64,000 nucleotides of DNA from Schizochytrium sp. TIO01. Lineage: Eukaryota; Protista; Bigyra: Labyrinthulomycetes. Both the position numbers and the translations under genes were made by a program. Shown one piece after another: positions 58,658 through 64,000 of the stretch. The notes beneath the pieces are model-generated. The model saw only the letters and a list, made by a program, of their open reading frames with translations, ran no database searches and had not been told where the DNA came from. Each line of letters begins with the position of its first letter. Positions within the stretch are counted from its first letter, which is position 1. Where the stretch lies: assembly GCA_004764695.1 (NCBI GenBank), contig SMSO01000031.1, forward strand, positions 1,898,436-1,962,435, read 5' to 3'.

Positions 58658-61600
58658 TTACAAGGTAAAACCACGAACCGATAGCACAGCTTTATGCTGG
58701 TCTTCGGCAGAATATACTGTCACACGATCAGCACAGGCCACGCCAGGAGCCGTCGATTGGCGAGGCCCAAAAAAGATTGGGAGGATAACATACCTGTGAG
58801 GTTTGAGTTGAATGCAACGGTGCTTTGAGCGAACATGAAATGTCTGCGTCTGAGTGCTGATTCGCAAATTTAAAGTTCTATTGGTCGGATTGCAGATGTG
58901 AACCGAGCAAACAGTATTCTGTCCCGGCCTTGTTGCCGGGAATGCTAGTGTGTCGCTTGGATTTAGATATACACAATCCCCTCGCTTGGCTTCCTTCTCC
59001 ACCTCCTCCTCAAAGTTATTCTCATATATCTTATTCCCTATGGTCTTTGATAAATGAGAGTGTAAAGCAGTATCTGCATCAACTGGAGCGGACGCTGGCT
59101 GCTTCTTTGCAGTCTTTATGATAATTTCATCATAATAACCTAGTACAGTATTGTTGCATACATATATTTTGGTCTTGGGAATGGCGCATAAGCAACTCAA
59201 GTGGACACGCACACAGTGACCAGGGGCAATTGAGAAGACACCACGGGGAGCAACGTGAAGCTGTTGGTCCAGACCCGAATCATCGTTTTCATCGTCGCCT
59301 TCTCTCGGTTTCAAACTTTCTGCATTCGGGCAATGTACGCTAGCAAGCATGGGCTCGCTGGGATGGGAGTTTCGCACCTCAAAGCTTCCTGACCAGCCAT
59401 CAGAGAGCACATCATACGCAAGGCAAACTTGTCGAGGTTCTATCAGCAAGACTCGCCCTTTCACTGTGATTGGTGCATCTGAAAGATAGGTTTTGAACTG
59501 AAGAGCATGTGCAGACGTAATTCCTTCTTCACGAATGGCTGCTAACTCCTTTCGACGGTCACGGCTGGCAGCTTTCTCCTTTGAGATACTGAGCCTAGTA
59601 CTTGGAGCACACACTTCAACAGATGTGCAACGACGGTTTTGCTCAAAAAGGTATTCATCAAAAAAGTGAGCGAGACCTGCTGCTGCATTCGACTGGCCTC
59701 GTTTGCGTAGGAGTACAGAAGATGACACTGGCGACTCTTTATTCACGCCGCTCGGGGATTCAAGGGCAGTAAGAGCAGTATGCAGTGCCATTGGGTCATC
59801 AAATTCATCAAGACGACTTACAGAGGTCATCGTTTCGTTCAAATCAACATCTGCGATTGCTCCACGCCGACTTTTTGCTTGAGTACGCAAGCGCCTAAGG
59901 ATCTCATCGCCCCATTCGACACGTACAGCATCTACATTAGGGCCAAATGTTTCAAAGAGAGAGGATAAAACCTTGCATTGCAATATTACCTGTTCACCTG
60001 GCTGCAAAGTGCACGACTGCGGCTCTACTAGGACCCTACCTTGAATCTCCTGTGGTGGGTTTGCACGCACATATGCGGTGCGCTCTCCATAGTTCCTTAA
60101 AGCAATCTCAGTTAAGGTCCATGACCCTTGTGGTGAACGGGTTCCTTCCACCTGTAGGATATCAACGTCCGAGCTCTTGCCTTCACAAGATACTTGAGCG
60201 CGTCCGCCATAGCCCATTACAGGGATCTGAATCGAATTAATTAGCATCGATCGCTCCTGGCTTGGTTCAGCGCTGAGGCTTATCTTGCTGCATACTTTGA
60301 GAAATGAGTTATGCCGCATAATGCGCTTTGGAGAAAATATTACAGTGACATAGATTGATTCATGTGCTTGTAAACAAAACCAACCAAGCTTGTTAGATCT
60401 GCACGATATGTCATCATGGAATTGTTGCTGAATGCTCGTATCGTGACTGTTGTCCATATCTCGACTACGAGAGCTTTGCTGTATTGAAAATGTTTCCACG
60501 GCTTCTTCACTTGGGCAGGCCGGCTCGCCCCATTCTTGTGTCTCAGATGTACTCCCCTCAGGTGCAGCCTCGAGAAAGGCGCATACATCTAATGCTTGGT
60601 CAGTTTTGTTCTCTAAACGTACTCGCGAGCTCACTTGACTACCTGGTGTAGCACCTCCAAGGTTAATGATTGGGCGATCCGGTTCCACCCAGAGAGAGCG
60701 CAATGTAGAGGTTATCAATTTGATTGTTTGACATGAATCACTTGCATCTTCAACTAGATCCACACGCGACCAGCTAGTGCCAGTATCAGTCCTAGGTTTG
60801 AACACAATAACCACTGAATTCACACCCATCGGTTCGATCACGCAGTCCCTAGGCTTGATAAATATGCTCGTCCGAACCGAGTCATCTGTTGTTCTTAGGA
60901 CTGGACGAAGCACCACTCTTCGCTTGCTAAGGTTCTGAATGGGAATTTGGAAAAGGTCAGCCAGACCCATGCCACACTCGAGTCGAATAGGTTCCTTGAT
61001 CACATCAGGAAACAAGAGATTCGGAGGGTCCAGCAAGGGTTGTGGTTTATTAGGAAATTTATGCTGGAGATGCTGTAGCGATTTGCTTTTAAGTTTTGAC
61101 CTGCCCGGAGTTGTAAACTCAAGATTGTCATCGCTTCTCAAGTCCTGATGTTTCCAAGTTTGAACATGCAGTGGTTTCTGTGGCTGAGAATTCGTAGACT
61201 GAAAAGATTCCCCCAAAAGGCTTTCGTGGTTTGCCGGTTGTGAAACAGTTGAAGAAATGTGGCTCTGGTCCATATCTCTTTGCGGAGATCCTTTGATGGA
61301 AAAGTTAGTGGACTCTTGTTCTTGTTCTTCGTCAAATCGTTCCTGCTCTACGTTAACTTGCGATTCTCCATTTGTGGTACTACTTATTTCCAGATCACGC
61401 TTTGCCTTTACGGTAGATTGTGTCTTTTGATAGTGCTCAAATGAGTCCATATCGGCCTTTGCTTGAGATGGACTTGGATGCCCACGTGTCCGTACTAAAG
61501 AAACTGGGCTTTGTTTCCCGTCCGGGCCAACTTTCTTGTTTTTGGGACTCTCGAAAGCGGGCCAATTCGCAATCATAACCTCCTTGTCAATTGGCGCAGA

Positions 61601-61770
61601 CCTGGCTGCAAACCAAGTTGACGGTGATGGCGGCCGCTGCATAGGTGAAAAGATAGATGGCCGCCGGCCTTGTCCCATGCTTACTAGCCAGGCGTCATCA
61701 TCAACATCTGTAGCTGCCTGCGCACCGCCAAAAAAACGTGCATCCTCCTCAATCATCTTCAACGCATCAT
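58658..61770 (-). CDS. CEP192: Cep192/SPD-2-like centrosomal protein with tandem ASH/PapD-like domains, exon 2
   Basis: IPVMGYGG, LRNYGERTAYVRA, VEPQSCTLQPGE, WGDEILRR and a terminal domain LAFPATRPG...NPT...FHVRSKH...RYVILPIFFGP resemble Cep192/SPD-2 conserved blocks as I recall them. AAG acceptor at 61773-61771. Confidence 0.75.
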
Positions 61771-61958
61771 CTTCATTCATACAAATCACACGCCATTATA
61801 GTTTAAAGTGTGCCATGTTAGTTCAAGTCTCTTTCCACCATGTCTCTCAATCTGAATCTATCACCGTAACTTAGGGAAACTAGCCTCCTACAAATGACGT
61901 TCAAACTCTATCAGATTATAATAGCACAATATATAAACGTTACTTCGTCTCTACTTAC
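61771..61958 (-). other. GT-AG spliceosomal intron (188 nt, phase 1)
   Basis: Donor AG|GTAAGT at 61958. Branch-like ACTAAC at about 61822-61817. The first AG downstream of it is at 61772-61771. Splicing joins the two ORFs in frame (G+AT = Asp). Confidence 0.85.
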
Positions 61959-62364
61959 CTCCATCCAAAAAAGACTCTTCCTCGTCCATCACCATGCCAC
62001 CTTCGAATTGTGATCCTGGAGACAGCATGTGCCATCCTGGTGAAGAAATTGGTTGTTGCGGTAGCTGTTGTTGCATAAGTCGCTGTTGTTGCAGTCTTAC
62101 CGCAGTAGCGCTTGTCGCACTTCCCAAGCTCTCACGTTGTTTCTGGGAACTTTGTATTTCGACCTTGGCCATCGTTGGCAAGCGCTGCATATTGCCTTCA
62201 AGGTCAAAAAAGGCCGTATTGCTCACGTTCACATCGTTTTCTGCTTCGTGTGGCTCCAGACTTTCGGTGGGGCCAGGATTTCCAATTTTATCTTCATTTT
62301 CGATATGTTCAACAGGGTTTCCAAACAGCTCTGTCCATGCTGAAGCGCTTTCCTGTTCTGCCAT
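61959..62364 (-). CDS. CEP192: Cep192/SPD-2-like protein, exon 1 (joined product about 1172 aa)
   Basis: ATG in an ACCATGG context at 62364. The ORF runs into a consensus donor site, and the spliced frame matches the downstream long ORF. Confidence 0.75.
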
Positions 62365-63040
62365 GGTTTTGCAGACAATCTATGGTGCCAGTGATCGGTG
62401 CCCACTCTAAGTCTCGTACTGCAGCAATGGATCGACTTTACTTTTTGTGGCGTACGGCTTCAACCAAACTAGTGCCTTAATATGAAGGCCCACACGCCAA
62501 AGGCGTTGGCACCGCAGCGGGATGTAAAGAACTGGTTTTAGATCTGGACTTGGATCTCAGAAGTCCATGAGTTTCGTTTCCGAGTTTGATAAACAAATAT
62601 TACCTAGGTTCCTACCTACTACTACTATAGAATTAAGCAAAGCTGCTTAACCGTCACTTGTGTTACCAACTCATAACATTAACGTAGTATCTTGTAAAAG
62701 ATATCGATGAAAATGCTCCAAATCTTGGGAGACTTCAGAAACTAAGGCCCAAGTGAAGTTAAAGAGCTGAGGATAATGCGAATTGGAAACTCTTGCATAA
62801 TCAAGGCGTAAATTACTTAGTCAGAAGGGTACATTAATTTGCCGGCTGATCTCATAAAGGCGGTCAAAGCTGTACAAACTGTATGAGTTTCTCAATCATT
62901 ACCTGAAAAGGAGTTTTGTGTCGTGACGAATCCAGAAAGGCTCTGCGATATGTAAACATGATCATGAATTAATTTGACACGTGCACTACATTGCCATGTC
63001 GGAACAAATAAAGGATATTGAGAATATCACGAGATGGCTA

Positions 63041-64000
63041 CTAGGCAATGTGAAGAGAAGTGTGGTCAACGTCTTCATAATAGCTTCGAAGTTTTAGAAG
63101 TTCAGCTTGCTGAGCAGGCGTAAAAAGTGAAAAACCTGGATCTTCATTAGAGTTGGCAGATTTCGACGTCTTGTGGGGCTTGTTGGCGCCTTTTTGATGT
63201 CGAGATGCAGCTGTTTTCTTACCCTTGACACCTCCAGTTTTTCTTATAGTAGACGTTGCTTTCTTGCTAGGTTTGTGAGAGTTCGTTCGCTTATCCATGT
63301 CCAATGAAGGTGACGGTTGTACTGTTTCTGCAGCGCTCTTACGTGTATCTTTCTTTCCCACGTTCTTTTGTAAAGCTTTAGATTCTCGCGGAGAGTCTGT
63401 TTTTTCTTCATTTGTGTCATCAATGTTGGGCTTTTCAGGTTCTTTAAGTGATGACGCTGAGGAAGCGGACGATGGCAGTCTTAAGCGGCGACTTGATCGT
63501 CTAGGCGGAATAGTAGCACCTGCAGACTTTGTATCTGGAGTTTCAAGATCTAAAGTCGATAGGGACCCTCGCGATTTTCGAATAGAACCAGCTCTTATCT
63601 TTCTTTTTCCATGTACCAAGTCACTATCAATATCAGATAGGGAGGCAGATTGAGCACTGGATGTTACGTCGTTCAAAGATGCAGTATGTTGTTTTGGAAG
63701 GGACCCTATGGTTGTACTTGTCAAGGGTCGATCTGTCTGCATATCAGAAACACTACTATCTGATGAAGTCACAGATTTGCTTTCCGAAACGTCTTCACTA
63801 GTTCTTGACGACCGGCGCGTCACTCGTCCCCGCCCTGCGAAAGAGGACGAGGACGCACGCCGCTTGCGAGGGGACTCTGTTGACTCGTCATGCTCACCAT
63901 CCTGTTTTGCAGAGACTGACTTATTTTCATCTGAAACGATTTTGGCAGGTGCAGAAACTCGCGATGATGATCTTCGCTTACGGCCTGCTATAACCAATTT
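63041..64000 (-). CDS. Basic, Ser/Arg/Lys-rich disordered protein with a sororin-like C-terminal motif; 5' end lies outside the window
   Basis: The frame is open to the window edge (more than 318 aa). It ends in QQAELLKLRSYYEDVDHTSLHIA*, resembling the sororin C-terminal helix+strand motif (R.yF.evD...L.v). Confidence 0.6.
   Translation of the reverse strand, partial: KLVIAGRKRRSSSRVSAPAKIVSDENKSVSAKQDGEHDESTESPRKRRASSSSFAGRGRVTRRSSRTSEDVSESKSVTSSDSSVSDMQTDRPLTSTTIGSLPKQHTASLNDVTSSAQSASLSDIDSDLVHGKRKIRAGSIRKSRGSLSTLDLETPDTKSAGATIPPRRSSRRLRLPSSASSASSLKEPEKPNIDDTNEEKTDSPRESKALQKNVGKKDTRKSAAETVQPSPSLDMDKRTNSHKPSKKATSTIRKTGGVKGKKTAASRHQKGANKPHKTSKSANSNEDPGFSLFTPAQQAELLKLRSYYEDVDHTSLHIA

Overview
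Eukaryotic genomic DNA from an intron-poor, microsatellite-rich protist. The overall style fits a stramenopile such as a thraustochytrid/labyrinthulomycete, which is inference only. Nine protein-coding genes are supportable: (1) a low-complexity putative DNA-binding protein (12330-13916,+); (2) a calcium-dependent protein kinase with four EF-hands (18154-20091,+); (3) a 2231-aa class I-like PI3-kinase carrying three SH3 and three cyclic-nucleotide-binding domains (21818-28513,-); (4) an ankyrin+PDZ protein transcribed head-to-head with it (29588-31630,+); (5) a divergent three-repeat gelsolin/severin-like protein (33323-34672,+); (6) a 1346-aa protein built on a pogo/Tigger/CENP-B-type transposase scaffold with a degenerate catalytic triad, probably domesticated (37754-41794,+); (7) a single-pass membrane protein with a Cys-rich domain (43498-44442,-); (8) a two-exon Cep192/SPD-2-like protein (62364-58658,-); and (9) the 3' part of a sororin-like gene running off the window edge (63041->64000,-). 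Two long gene-free tracts (about 1-12.3 kb and 45-58.6 kb) hold many microsatellites, AT-rich blocks and possible decayed coding fragments. The strongest novelty candidates are the SH3/cNMP-fused PI3K, its calcium/lipid/actin signalling neighbourhood, and the domesticated transposase. All assignments come from motif recognition by eye; no searches were run.
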